A stretch of DNA of 64,000 nt, from NCBI GenBank assembly GCA_001275005.1, contig JWZX01003409.1, positions 1 to 64,000 on the forward strand. Direction: 5' to 3'. The stretch's first letter is position 1. Every line of letters begins with the position of its first letter. Below the pieces are notes generated by a model. It was given only the letters and a program-made list of their open reading frames with translations, was not told the DNA's origin and ran no database searches. Origin of the DNA: Chrysochromulina tobinii. Its lineage: Eukaryota. The translations under genes and the position numbers were made by a program. Shown one piece after another: positions 33,401 through 43,252 of the stretch.

Positions 33401-34645
33401 ATGGCGTTGGTGTCGTCGCCGTCTGCCACGGCGCCTCTGGCAATTGTACAGTGGACGCACACGCTCGTGATGAAGCCCATGCTGCTGCGTGCGCGTGAAC
33501 AAATTTTACGTTCTTCGTTTGCAGAGCACCACGTCGTCTTGTCCTCGTGTGGCAACTCGGAGCCGTGTTCAACACTGTTGCAGAAAGCCAAGCCACTTGT
33601 TGAGAACGTGACGTGCACCAACGCAGCCGATGTGGCAAACGCTTTGCAGGCATTTTCGACCGTTCGAAGAGTATTCAAAGGCCGCTACAATGGTTTAGAC
33701 ATGGATGGCCCCGAGAATGGACCAGCACCGCCTTCGTCAGCGTCGCCTCCATCCCGAGCGCCGCCTGCCCCAGGTGTGCACCCACTGGATGTCGGGCAGC
33801 GAGGATGGTGTTGGCACAGCTGTGACGCGCCGTACCTCCTCTGGTATAGTCGGACTGGCCGTACACTACAGCATGTCCGATTCTTCTGGTTCCTGGAGTG
33901 GGATGTCGTGTGGACGGGCGACGTGACAACAGTCCTGTCAGCGTGGAGCGCTCTGTACGAGCCCTTTGACAACAAGACCAGGGTGGACGTGGTTAACCCG
34001 TCCCGATTCGTGAGCCAGGCCAACATGACAGACGTCTACTATGGCCGCCGGCTCCACAGCCATGATTTGCTATGTCCCGCCCCAGCGTGGGCTCCGCGCA
34101 ACTGGGTGCATCGGCACAAACGCAACGAGACCCTCGTCCCGCACACCCATGTGCATCGTTGCGTGACAGAAGTGTATAGAGTCACGCATCGCCTGCTCGG
34201 TGCCATGCTCAACTTCTCGCAAGAGCCGGAGGCGGCCATGTTCTGCGAGATGCGTGCAAGCTCTGTATGTGCTATGCACTCCTGGTGCACCATGAGATCG
34301 CTCTTTGATCGCGGCCGCCTGCATCTTTTTCACACCGCTAAGCGACAGAACCAACTGATTGCAGATCTTGGCGCATCGGCCGCAGCTCCGTCGCTCAAGG
34401 AGATACACTGGGCGCGAAGTCGATGGGTATCCTCGTACGATAGATACAAAGGCAGCGTGCCAGATGACGCACTGCAAAGGCTCGATCGTCCGATGCTCTT
34501 CCATGCATACAAGTGGTTGCAGCCCAAGAACCTGCCCGCTTCACCTCAGGTGCCATCGTTTGCGCATCGGCTGCTCGAGCTGACCAGACCATTTGCGGAG
34601 CGGCTCTCCAACGGGACGTTACAACAAAGACACAACACACGATGA
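33401..34645 (+). CDS. Hypothetical protein, DUF3405-like / glycosyltransferase-like
   Basis: FFWFLEWDVVWTG resembles the W..E.D...TG motif; C-terminal FHAYK. Confidence 0.55.
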   Translation: MALVSSPSATAPLAIVQWTHTLVMKPMLLRAREQILRSSFAEHHVVLSSCGNSEPCSTLLQKAKPLVENVTCTNAADVANALQAFSTVRRVFKGRYNGLDMDGPENGPAPPSSASPPSRAPPAPGVHPLDVGQRGWCWHSCDAPYLLWYSRTGRTLQHVRFFWFLEWDVVWTGDVTTVLSAWSALYEPFDNKTRVDVVNPSRFVSQANMTDVYYGRRLHSHDLLCPAPAWAPRNWVHRHKRNETLVPHTHVHRCVTEVYRVTHRLLGAMLNFSQEPEAAMFCEMRASSVCAMHSWCTMRSLFDRGRLHLFHTAKRQNQLIADLGASAAAPSLKEIHWARSRWVSSYDRYKGSVPDDALQRLDRPMLFHAYKWLQPKNLPASPQVPSFAHRLLELTRPFAERLSNGTLQQRHNTR

Positions 34646-34989
34646 CAGACGGACGCGTTGGGGTTGGGTAGGCCAAGCCACGCCCAATTTGATGTCGATG
34701 CAAAAAAGCTTCATGAAGCTTTTTGCGGGTAACGGCTGACGCGCGGGTACTACTGTAACCTTACTCGGTTACTGCGGCAACGCGTAGATTGGGAATGGCA
34801 CGGCACAACATTTTTGCAGTGTGATGCGAACTGGTGCGTGATTGCGGCGTGTACAGCACGGTAGAGATACCCGGCGTACAGTAGTACGCAGTCAGAAGTT
34901 TGAAATCAGGGTATGAGGATTGTGTGCAAATCCAGATATGAATCCCTCCCCTACCCCCTTGGGTAAATTCTCACTGAAACTCGAAACTG

Positions 34990-37900
34990 TCAACGCACGG
35001 CCCGCGCCTGAGCTACGCTCGCGACCACTATCGAGCCCACGGAAAAGGCGACGCTGCCCAGCACGAGCAGCGCGCCGCTCGACGTCCACCCATCGCCGTA
35101 CGGACCGGTGGCAACGCGAGTAACGAGATCGGCTGCGAGGTCGGCGGCCCACGTCGTCGGGCTCGTCGTCGTCGTCGTCGCTGCTGTCGGCCTCGTCGTT
35201 GTCTGCGCCATTGTCACCGTCATCGTCATCTCGGCAGACACCGCGCTCGGCGCGGCTTCCAGCGCCCCCCCTTCGCCCGTCAGCGCTGACGCCGCGGCCT
35301 CGGGCGCTCCTGTGCCCTTGCTCTTCTTACCATCCTTGGTGCCCTTGAATCCCTTCTTACCCTCGTTAGGGCTCTTAAACCCCTTGCCACCGTGCGCATG
35401 CGTCTTGCCGCCGACGCCCTCGCCGCTCACGAAGTTGCCGTCCGCGTCTAGCGAGCCGCTAAACCACTGGAGTGCCTTGAGGTCATCCGCAGCCGCATAC
35501 GCGGCCTCAGCGGCCGCCGAGAGCTGCTGCTGCTGCTGCTGCGAGCAGCCGCGCCCGCCGCCCGCGAGGCGCCGGCGCGAGAGCGCGAGCGAGGCCGACC
35601 AGACGGCGCGCGCGTCGTACTGCCCGTGCGTCGCCTGCGCGCGGCGCGCGGCTGCCTCGTCCTCGATGCTCGGTGGCGAGATCGGCGGCGGCACGTGCGG
35701 GGGGCCAGCGATGCGCCCGTACGCCTCGCGGCGCAGGCGCATCAGGTCTTCGAACTCAGGCTCGAGCAGCGGGAGCATCGTGCGCAGCAACGACTGGAAG
35801 AGCGTCGGGAAGAGCGCCTCCTGCGTGGCGAGCAGGCACTTGATGCGGTAGCGCTCCTTGGGGGCTTCAAAACATGCTGGGCACGTCTCCGAGACGATCG
35901 GCAGCCGGACCGACTCCGAAAAGGCCTCGGCCTCGTGCTCGCGCACGTACGCGAGCGGCCGGATGACCCGCAGGTCCTGTGCGTCGATCGTATAGTGTGC
36001 CTTCATCGAGCGGAGCGCGCCGTTGTGCATGGCCGACATGAGGAAGGACTCGGCGAGATCGTCGAGATGCTGCGCCATGGCGAGCACATTGTACCCCTCG
36101 CGCCGCGCGGTCGCGTAGAGGACGCCGCGCTTCATGCGCGAGCAGAACGAGCAGATGGACACGCGGTTGCCTTCTTTGGCCATGCACGGCTCGGCAATCT
36201 CGAGCAGCGGGTGCTTCTCGTAAAAATAGGGCAGCCCGAGCTTGGCGCAGTAGGGGATGAGGGGCGACGGGTCGAAACCGTCAGCGCCAGGGTCCACGGT
36301 GCAGGCGCCCAGCTCCCACTGGAATGGAGTGCGCTTCTGGAGCGCATGCAGGATGTGCAGCATGGCGAGCGAGTCCTTGCCGCCGCTCAGCCCGACGAGC
36401 ACGCGGTCGCCGGGTCGAAGCATCCCGTACTGGAGGATGGCGCGAAGCACCCTGTTGGACAGCTTCGTGTCCGGGGTGGCCCAGCCCGAGCCTCCAGCGC
36501 CACCGCTGCTGCTCGCGCTGCCGACACCCTCGGCCACTGCTGCTGCCGCCGCGTCGGCAGCGTAGGCGGCTTCGGGATCCAAAAATGGATCGAAGCCCTC
36601 GCCGAGACTCGCGCCCACCGGGTCCGCGCCGCTGCCCTCGCCGCCGCCCTCGCCGCTGCCCTCCCGGGCGCCGTCTCGAGCACCAACGGCGCTCGGCACT
36701 GGAGCCGGTGGGCACGCGAGCTGCGCATCTGCCCGCGCAAAGGCGGGTGGCTCGAAGGGGGCGCGCGCGACGGGGATCACCCCGCGGTGCATCGCGGCCG
36801 CCTCACCTGGAAGGAGAAACCAACGGAGACGGGCGCCCTCGGGAGATAGCATCTCCGCGAGGGTCTGGCCAGCAAGGGGTGCCCCCGTGTTTCGTCGCAT
36901 CTCCGAGGACGCAATCTTGGCAAGCGCGTGCGCCTCGGCCAGGGCAGCCTCGAAGCGGGCGGCCTGCGCGGCGGCCGCGCCCCCCTCGCCGCCCGTCCCG
37001 GCGCGCGGCATCGAAGGCTGCCCCTCTGCCCTCTTCCAGCTCAGCGCTCCTCCAGCGTACGAGATGCCACCGAGCCAAGCGCGCGGCGGGCGGCGCTGGT
37101 GCACGTGGCGCCACTCGGCGGTGCGTGCGTCGCACAAGTACTGCGGCAGCAGCTTCCACCCGTGCTCCGCGACAAAGTGGACGGCGTCGAGCACGTAACG
37201 TACTTGCTGCGCGTCGGCAAAGTAAGGAAGGGAGAGGCGCACGTAGCCGGGGCGCAGCAGCTCGTTGTCCTCCTTCTTGACCAGCTGTGCCTCGAAGGCG
37301 TCCGAGAGCGTGCCGTCGATGCCGAGCAACTGCTGCGAGTACGGCCCAGCGCACATGCAGCCGCCGCGCGCCTGGATCCCGAAGAGGTCATTGAGCAGCG
37401 CGACCACATAGTTGTGGTGCAGAAGCAGCGGGCCGCCGCCGCCGCTCATGCCGCCGGCCGTGCCGTCCGTGACGCGGAAGGCGAGGGCGAAGATGGGCAG
37501 CCGCTTTGCCGTCGGGTGGCCGAGGATGGCGATGCGCGGATGGCGACCCCACGCGGCACGGCACGCGCCCAGGAGCGCGCCATCGGCACGTGCGATCGCG
37601 GGCGCGCCAACGGCCTTCTGAAGCTGCAGCACGAGGCCGGCGCGGATGGCGCCCACGATGCTCGGAGTACCACCCTCCTCGCGCTCTTCGTCGTTCTTGA
37701 GGTACACGTGCCGCTCCCGCGACACGTAGAAGACGGTGCCCCCGCCCGGGCACGTCGAGATGCCGCGCGTCGCGAGCGCCTTCTTGTACACGAGGACGCC
37801 TGCCGCCTGTGGCCCGCCCGCGAACTTGTGCGGCGAGAAGAAGAGGGCGTCCTTGGCGATCAGGCTCGCGCGCTCCGCGTCCTCGTGCGGTGGGTTCATC

Positions 37901-38670
37901 GCCAGCCCGATCGCGTACGGCGCCGCCGACGCGTAATCCCAGACGGCGAGGGCACCATGCGTGTGCAGCAACGCAGTGATCGCATCCACGTCAGAGAGGA
38001 TGCCGGTGACGTTGGAGGCGGCTGAGAAGGCGCCGACGCGCAGTGGCCGGTGCGCGTGCGCGCGCAGCGCCGCCTCGAGCGCGTGCAGGTCCACGCCGCC
38101 CGCCGCCGCCTCGCCGATGCTCACGACGTCCGCGACGCTCTCACGCCACGGCAGCAGGTTGGAGTGGTGCTCATAGGGGCCGACGAAGACGACAGGCCGC
38201 TGCGCCTCGGGCAGCGCGTGCGCGGCAGCGCGCGCCTCGGGCGTGGGCGCGAGCAGCCCGAGCATCGCCACCAGCCGGTTGGCACCCGCCGTCGCGCCCG
38301 AGCCCGCGAAGAGCACCCTGTCGGCATTCTTGCCGCGGTCGTTGCACCGCAGGTAGTTTTTGATCATGACGCGCGCCTCGGCGACAAAGTCGCTCGACTG
38401 GCGGCCCGTCTTGGTTGTTGACGTGTGCGTGTTGCCGTACGTGGGCAGGATCGCCTCGCGCACGTAGTCCTCGATGAAGGCGAGCGCCCGGCCCGAGGCG
38501 GTGTAGTCTGCGTAGACGAGCGGCCGCAGCCCAAAGGCCGTCTGCGACTGCAGATCGCGCCCGAGCTCGTTGGCGCGGATGTAGCCGAAGAGTGGCGCGT
38601 CCGACGGGTGGTGGTGCGTCTCGGCCGTCTCGTCCTCGGTGGCCGACGGGTTTCCTTCGATGGTGCTCAT
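34990..38670 (-). CDS. Cysteine desulfurase (aminotransferase class V) fused to TtcA-type tRNA 2-thiocytidine synthetase
   Basis: YADYTASGR, EHHSN, SPHKF (PLP Lys), GGTP, RGGCMCAGPY; then SGGKDS PP-loop, CSFCSRMKRG, QHLDDLAES, VIRPL, CPAC. Confidence 0.9.
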   Translation of the reverse strand: MSTIEGNPSATEDETAETHHHPSDAPLFGYIRANELGRDLQSQTAFGLRPLVYADYTASGRALAFIEDYVREAILPTYGNTHTSTTKTGRQSSDFVAEARVMIKNYLRCNDRGKNADRVLFAGSGATAGANRLVAMLGLLAPTPEARAAAHALPEAQRPVVFVGPYEHHSNLLPWRESVADVVSIGEAAAGGVDLHALEAALRAHAHRPLRVGAFSAASNVTGILSDVDAITALLHTHGALAVWDYASAAPYAIGLAMNPPHEDAERASLIAKDALFFSPHKFAGGPQAAGVLVYKKALATRGISTCPGGGTVFYVSRERHVYLKNDEEREEGGTPSIVGAIRAGLVLQLQKAVGAPAIARADGALLGACRAAWGRHPRIAILGHPTAKRLPIFALAFRVTDGTAGGMSGGGGPLLLHHNYVVALLNDLFGIQARGGCMCAGPYSQQLLGIDGTLSDAFEAQLVKKEDNELLRPGYVRLSLPYFADAQQVRYVLDAVHFVAEHGWKLLPQYLCDARTAEWRHVHQRRPPRAWLGGISYAGGALSWKRAEGQPSMPRAGTGGEGGAAAAQAARFEAALAEAHALAKIASSEMRRNTGAPLAGQTLAEMLSPEGARLRWFLLPGEAAAMHRGVIPVARAPFEPPAFARADAQLACPPAPVPSAVGARDGAREGSGEGGGEGSGADPVGASLGEGFDPFLDPEAAYAADAAAAAVAEGVGSASSSGGAGGSGWATPDTKLSNRVLRAILQYGMLRPGDRVLVGLSGGKDSLAMLHILHALQKRTPFQWELGACTVDPGADGFDPSPLIPYCAKLGLPYFYEKHPLLEIAEPCMAKEGNRVSICSFCSRMKRGVLYATARREGYNVLAMAQHLDDLAESFLMSAMHNGALRSMKAHYTIDAQDLRVIRPLAYVREHEAEAFSESVRLPIVSETCPACFEAPKERYRIKCLLATQEALFPTLFQSLLRTMLPLLEPEFEDLMRLRREAYGRIAGPPHVPPPISPPSIEDEAAARRAQATHGQYDARAVWSASLALSRRRLAGGGRGCSQQQQQQLSAAAEAAYAAADDLKALQWFSGSLDADGNFVSGEGVGGKTHAHGGKGFKSPNEGKKGFKGTKDGKKSKGTGAPEAAASALTGEGGALEAAPSAVSAEMTMTVTMAQTTTRPTAATTTTTSPTTWAADLAADLVTRVATGPYGDGWTSSGALLVLGSVAFSVGSIVVASVAQARAVR

Positions 38671-38902
38671 AATGGAGGCACGCGACAGCGTGGGCTTCGG
38701 TACAGTTCAGTTTCGTCGCATTCAGTTTCGTCGCGGTGCCCCGCGCTCAAACAAAGGGGGGGAGTGGGGGAGGGGAATTGGTTGGAAGGTCCAGGCCCTT
38801 GGCGCGGAGCGCCGCCGGCGCCACTGCCCACTGACGCACTGTGTGTTGAGCCGGGTCCGGGACCTCCAGTTCGGGGATCGGGCAGTTCATTCACTTCATC
38901 TC

Positions 38903-39057
38903 ACCATTCAGTTCCCAAACAGGTGTGGGGTTAGGGCCTTATAAACATGAAAAATAGTAGACCACTCCCCCTTGGGTCAACCATTCAGTTCCCAAACAGG
39001 TGTGGGGTTAGGGCCTTATAAACATGAAAAATAGTAGACCACTCCCCCTTGGGTCAA
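38903..39057. repeat. Exact tandem duplication, 77-bp unit x2
   Basis: accattcagttcccaaacaggtg...cttgggtca repeated at 38903 and 38980. Confidence 0.95.
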
Positions 39058-39484
39058 GGCGGGGGCCGACCGCGACGAAACCTCAAACCTGACCGCTCTG
39101 ACTGTGACACTGACTGACTGACTGTCACTGTGACGGGGTACACACGGGTCTACACTGCGACTGCCTGCGCGTACACGCATGTGTTTGGCTGCGATTCGCT
39201 GGTAAAGTGCTCTCGGCGAATGCCCTCACCGCGCTCCGTCCCAGCTCTCTACTCTCCCACTTCCTGTCCCACGCTGCGACGCAATTGGTCCCACGGGCTT
39301 CTTACGGGTTTCGGCCTTGTTCGCGCGCCCGCTCTCAAGCATCTTTACTCTCACGCCCTCACATGTGCTCCAGGCACGAGCTCGGCACACGTTGCACTCC
39401 CTGCGGCTGCCCCAAGGTGCCGCGTCCCGCGTGAGAGCGGTCCTTAGTATCTGGCGCCGTCGAACCGAGTATCCCATCTTCCAC

Positions 39485-40354
39485 TTACTTTGGGATCGGT
39501 GCGCGGCACTGGGGGCACGCATTCTTCCGGTTCAGCCATTCAGTGACACATGGCTCACAGAACTCGTGGCGGCAAGGCAGGCGGACAAGGGTGAGGCCCG
39601 TCGTAGGCTCGTCAAGGCAGATGGCGCATGGCGCAGCCTGCCGGAAGAAACGCACGAATGTGCGCCGTGGGAGCGCCTCGATCACATCCGTGGGCACGCT
39701 GTCCTCCTCTTCCTCCCCTAAGTCCTCCTCATCATTATCGTCTGCCACATCGGAGTCGCCGTCGTAGTCACCTCGTTCTAGCGCAGCATTGAGGACCGAA
39801 GAGGAGGAGACCAAGGAGTAGCGCAGCAACGCAGCCTCATTGTTCAGCATGTCCTTGTAGTACGCCGCGCAGTGGCAGCAAAGGTTACCGAACTGTGTGG
39901 CTGTGAACCAGAGGGCGTTGATGCGATAGAGAATTTCACCCGTCTGAGTGTGCATGCGGGGATCACCAGGACGAGCAGGATCATCACGGCATCCATGGCC
40001 GTATCGATAACACCCGTTTGCGAATGAAGGCGGTGAAGAGGGATCAGTCTGCTCTCCATGATTGTCGAAACCTACGCACTGCAGCTCCGGGCCCATGAGC
40101 TCCTTGGCATGTAACGTCTCATCTAGGACTAGCCCTCGCCGAGAATGGTAGAAGCCGACGAGGATGCCCTGCTTCGTACGTGCACCATGGGGAATCGCCC
40201 ACGGCACTCGCCCCACGACCTCATCTGGGAACGTGAAGTGCCAGTGACCATTCTCGTGCAGTGTGAGACTCTCTCCAGCGAACGGGCCGTCGGGAATAGC
40301 CACCATGTCGCCGACGGCGTCAACCGTGGCGAATCGGGGCGATCTTCTCGGCAT
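39485..40354 (-). CDS. Protein with C-terminal RING finger
   Basis: CAICLDE..LPCRHEFCEPCVTEWLNRKNACPQCR after an acidic linker. Confidence 0.85.
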   Translation of the reverse strand: MPRRSPRFATVDAVGDMVAIPDGPFAGESLTLHENGHWHFTFPDEVVGRVPWAIPHGARTKQGILVGFYHSRRGLVLDETLHAKELMGPELQCVGFDNHGEQTDPSSPPSFANGCYRYGHGCRDDPARPGDPRMHTQTGEILYRINALWFTATQFGNLCCHCAAYYKDMLNNEAALLRYSLVSSSSVLNAALERGDYDGDSDVADDNDEEDLGEEEEDSVPTDVIEALPRRTFVRFFRQAAPCAICLDEPTTGLTLVRLPCRHEFCEPCVTEWLNRKNACPQCRAPIPK

Positions 40355-41319
40355 GATGTTGTGGGGCGAGCGCACCGTCAAGCGTCAACGACGCAGCGTG
40401 CTCGAGCGAGCGGGAAGAGGAGGGACTTGAGTGGGTCTCGCGCGTTCTGCCGCCCGCGCGCGAGTTTGCCACCGAACCGCGCTTCTGTTTGTGCTCACTT
40501 GTGCAGTTTTTTCTTTTTCTGTTTCCGTGCATGCATGCAATGCAGAGAGCAGCGAACCAGCGATGCGTCCTTCACAACTAGGATCTGATCTTTTATTAAA
40601 AACGCATGAAAACACGTAAGAAGCTAAATAAGGCGCTGTCCACCGCAGGTCAGCGCACCCGGTAGTCGGTGCAAAACATACATCAGTTCGGGTTCTTTCG
40701 AGGTACAATTTACGACCTATCGTACGCGTAACTTTTATGAAAGGAGGAGACGCTCACGGTCACTCTCTAGTCGAGCGACTCGTCGAGTCGTTTTCACACT
40801 TCCGGTACGTGTCTCGTGTCACTTCCGTGTTCCGCGGACACACCCAGCCACTCAGCCAGGAGCATGGCCACAGGACGCAGGAGCAGGACGCAGGAGCCGA
40901 GCGTGAAGTGTGCGAGTTCAAAACGCGGAACGTAACATTCGTGACCGCCAGGGACCGGGTCCCGGGCCTCGCTGCTCGCATCGGCACCACACCAGGAGGG
41001 TGCAATCCCTCTCCCCCTTCCGTCCCGCAGCCGCACCGGGGCGCTGCGTGGGTGCGCGTCCGCGACCGTGTACCATACACCCCCGCAGGTGGCCACGCTC
41101 GGCGCCACGGCCGGCGCGCACGCGACGTGCGATACTGCGCGACACGACGGACCACGCAGACCCGAACATCCAGCGTCACGCTCGACCCAGATCTCAACGC
41201 AGTGCTGCCAGCTCTCTGCAACCCTCCCTGCCCCCCCCACACCTACCGGTCCTACCCCATTCTGCAATCACTGATTTCGCAGCAGAGATTCGCTCGAGCC
41301 CCGTGCTCCACCGCAAGGG

Positions 41320-41403
41320 CTCATCGGTATCCAAGTTGATGAGAGGACTCATCGGTATCCAGGCTGATGAGAGGACTCATCGGTATCCAGGCTGATGAGA
41401 GGT
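41320..41403. repeat. 28-bp tandem repeat x3 with internal inverted repeat (ctcatc...gatgag)
   Basis: ctcatcggtatccaggctgatgagagga units. Confidence 0.9.
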
Positions 41404-41449
41404 CGCCTCAAGAAATGCATTGTGCGTCTCGGGGCGTAGCCTCCCATCG

Positions 41450-42955
41450 TTACAATGGCAGGAAGAGCGGCGCAACGACGGCTGAGCTTGACGCCCAGTG
41501 GCGAAAGTTCTCGGCAGGCTGTTGCGTGCCCCCTCCAAAGTGGTCCGCGACGGCACGATCGATGGCCTCGGGCGTTGGCACTTGCATGGTATTCGCGTGC
41601 TGCAAGAGTGCCGTCGTCTTCGGCGCGGCGAGCTTGCGCACGCGCGCGCACAGCTGTAGCTGCATCAGGGCTGCTGAGCGGGTCAGGTGCGAGCCCGCGC
41701 CCGGCGCGCCCGGCGCGTCGCACGCAGCATCGACACGGTCACGCAACGTGCCTGCGGTGAGGAGGCCAAGCAGGTAGCCAGCGTCCGCCGTGCTCACATC
41801 ACCGTCAGCGTCCCCGTCGAAGGCTTCGAAGAGTTTCGTCGCGAGGTCGGTCTGTTTGAGAGCTGCGAAGGAGATGAGAGGATCGATCACAGGCAGGTCG
41901 TGGAGGTGAGTAGGTGAACAGGCAGCACGTCGGAGACGGGTCAAGACGGGTCAAGGCAGGCTTCGTGCGCAGGGCGTGAGGTCGAGGTCGAGACGCGGCT
42001 CCGTACGCGGCGTAAGTCCTTCACATTCCAGAGTATGTAGCAGCTTCCACCAAGAACGATCCTTCAAGCGCAGCGGCCCACCGACGACGCCCACTGCGTA
42101 GCGCAAGGCCGGCGCGACCTGCTGCGCGCCGACGAGCGTCAGTGAGCGCACGGAGGGCGTCGTGGACATGCGCAGCTTGTCGAGCTCCGCCTTGAGTCGC
42201 GCCTCCTCAGCCTGCTCTGCTGTCCGAATAGCTCGCTCCACCTCCAGATCTGCGTTGCGGGCGGCCTCGGCGCTCGCACGTGCCACGTCCTCCTTGAGGC
42301 GCTGCGCCTCGAGCGCCTTGTGCGCCTCGTATGAGGCGACCGCCTCCTTGAGTGAGGCCTGCAGCTCGCCGGACTTGCTCTTCCAGCGAGAGATGAGCTG
42401 CGTCTCTTGCGCCTCGCGTTCCTTTTCAAAGGTCCCTGCCTTCCGTCGTTCCAAGTCAGCGCGTTGGCGGCGGGCGGCAAGCGCTCCGTCCTCCTCGGCA
42501 CGCCTCCGCGCGATCGCGGCGTCCTCAGCCGCACGCTCGGTCGCCACCTGTGCGTCCTCTTTTGCTCGCTGCTCCAGCCACGTGAGCCCGGTCAGTGAGA
42601 ACGCGGAGAACTCTCGGTGCATCTCCTGCACGAACATCTCGCTGCGCCGGCGGAATTCGGCATCGACAATCGACACCCCGGTCAGAGGCAGCGGCTGAAA
42701 CCTCGGAAGCGGAACCTCCACACGCTGCTCGTGCACGAACATGGAGCCGGCCTGCAGGCTCACATTCCCCGCACCCGACGACGACGAAGGCGACGACGAT
42801 GACCACGGCATGTGGATTGAGCTCGTGCCGGCGTCCATGATGGTCCCAGTGTCGGCGGTCGCGGAACCGAGCCGACGCTCAAAGAACGACACATCCTTGA
42901 GGGTACTCGGGCGATTGTCGCCTCCATCGAAGGCGTGCGCCAGCGAGGACAGCAT
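41450..42955 (-). CDS. Coiled-coil + EF-hand-like protein; intron 42006-41863
   Basis: Phase-1 GT-AG intron restores frame (LTPP|LKQTD); FDGDADGDVS loop. Confidence 0.7.
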
Positions 42956-43026
42956 TGTAGGGGCCGAAACTCAATCCGGAGCGACACAAAACCAGCATCC
43001 AACCGCGCGCTGTACCAGGCGTTTGA

Positions 43027-43250
43027 AAATTGCAATGCAATACAGACCCCAAGAGCATGAGCCGACACGTGTCTATTGCGCCAACGAATGACGTGCGAGA
43101 CCCGGAAGCAACTCTCAGAGTAAACGAATGATTTGTTTCCTTTTTTATCGACTGACAACACGAACACTCTGGAATTTGGTCACATACTAGCTAGCAGCTG
43201 TAAATTGCAATGCAATACAGACCCCAAGAGCATGAGCCGACACGTGTCTA
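43027..43250. repeat. 49-bp perfect direct repeat (43027-43075 and 43202-43250)
   Basis: aaattgcaatgcaatacagaccccaagagcatgagccgacacgtgtcta twice, 126 bp apart. Confidence 0.95.
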
Positions 43251-43252
43251 GC

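Noticed and set aside
40737..41339. Several overlapping 150-200 aa ORFs
   Set aside because: No recognisable motifs or coding bias; cannot choose a frame
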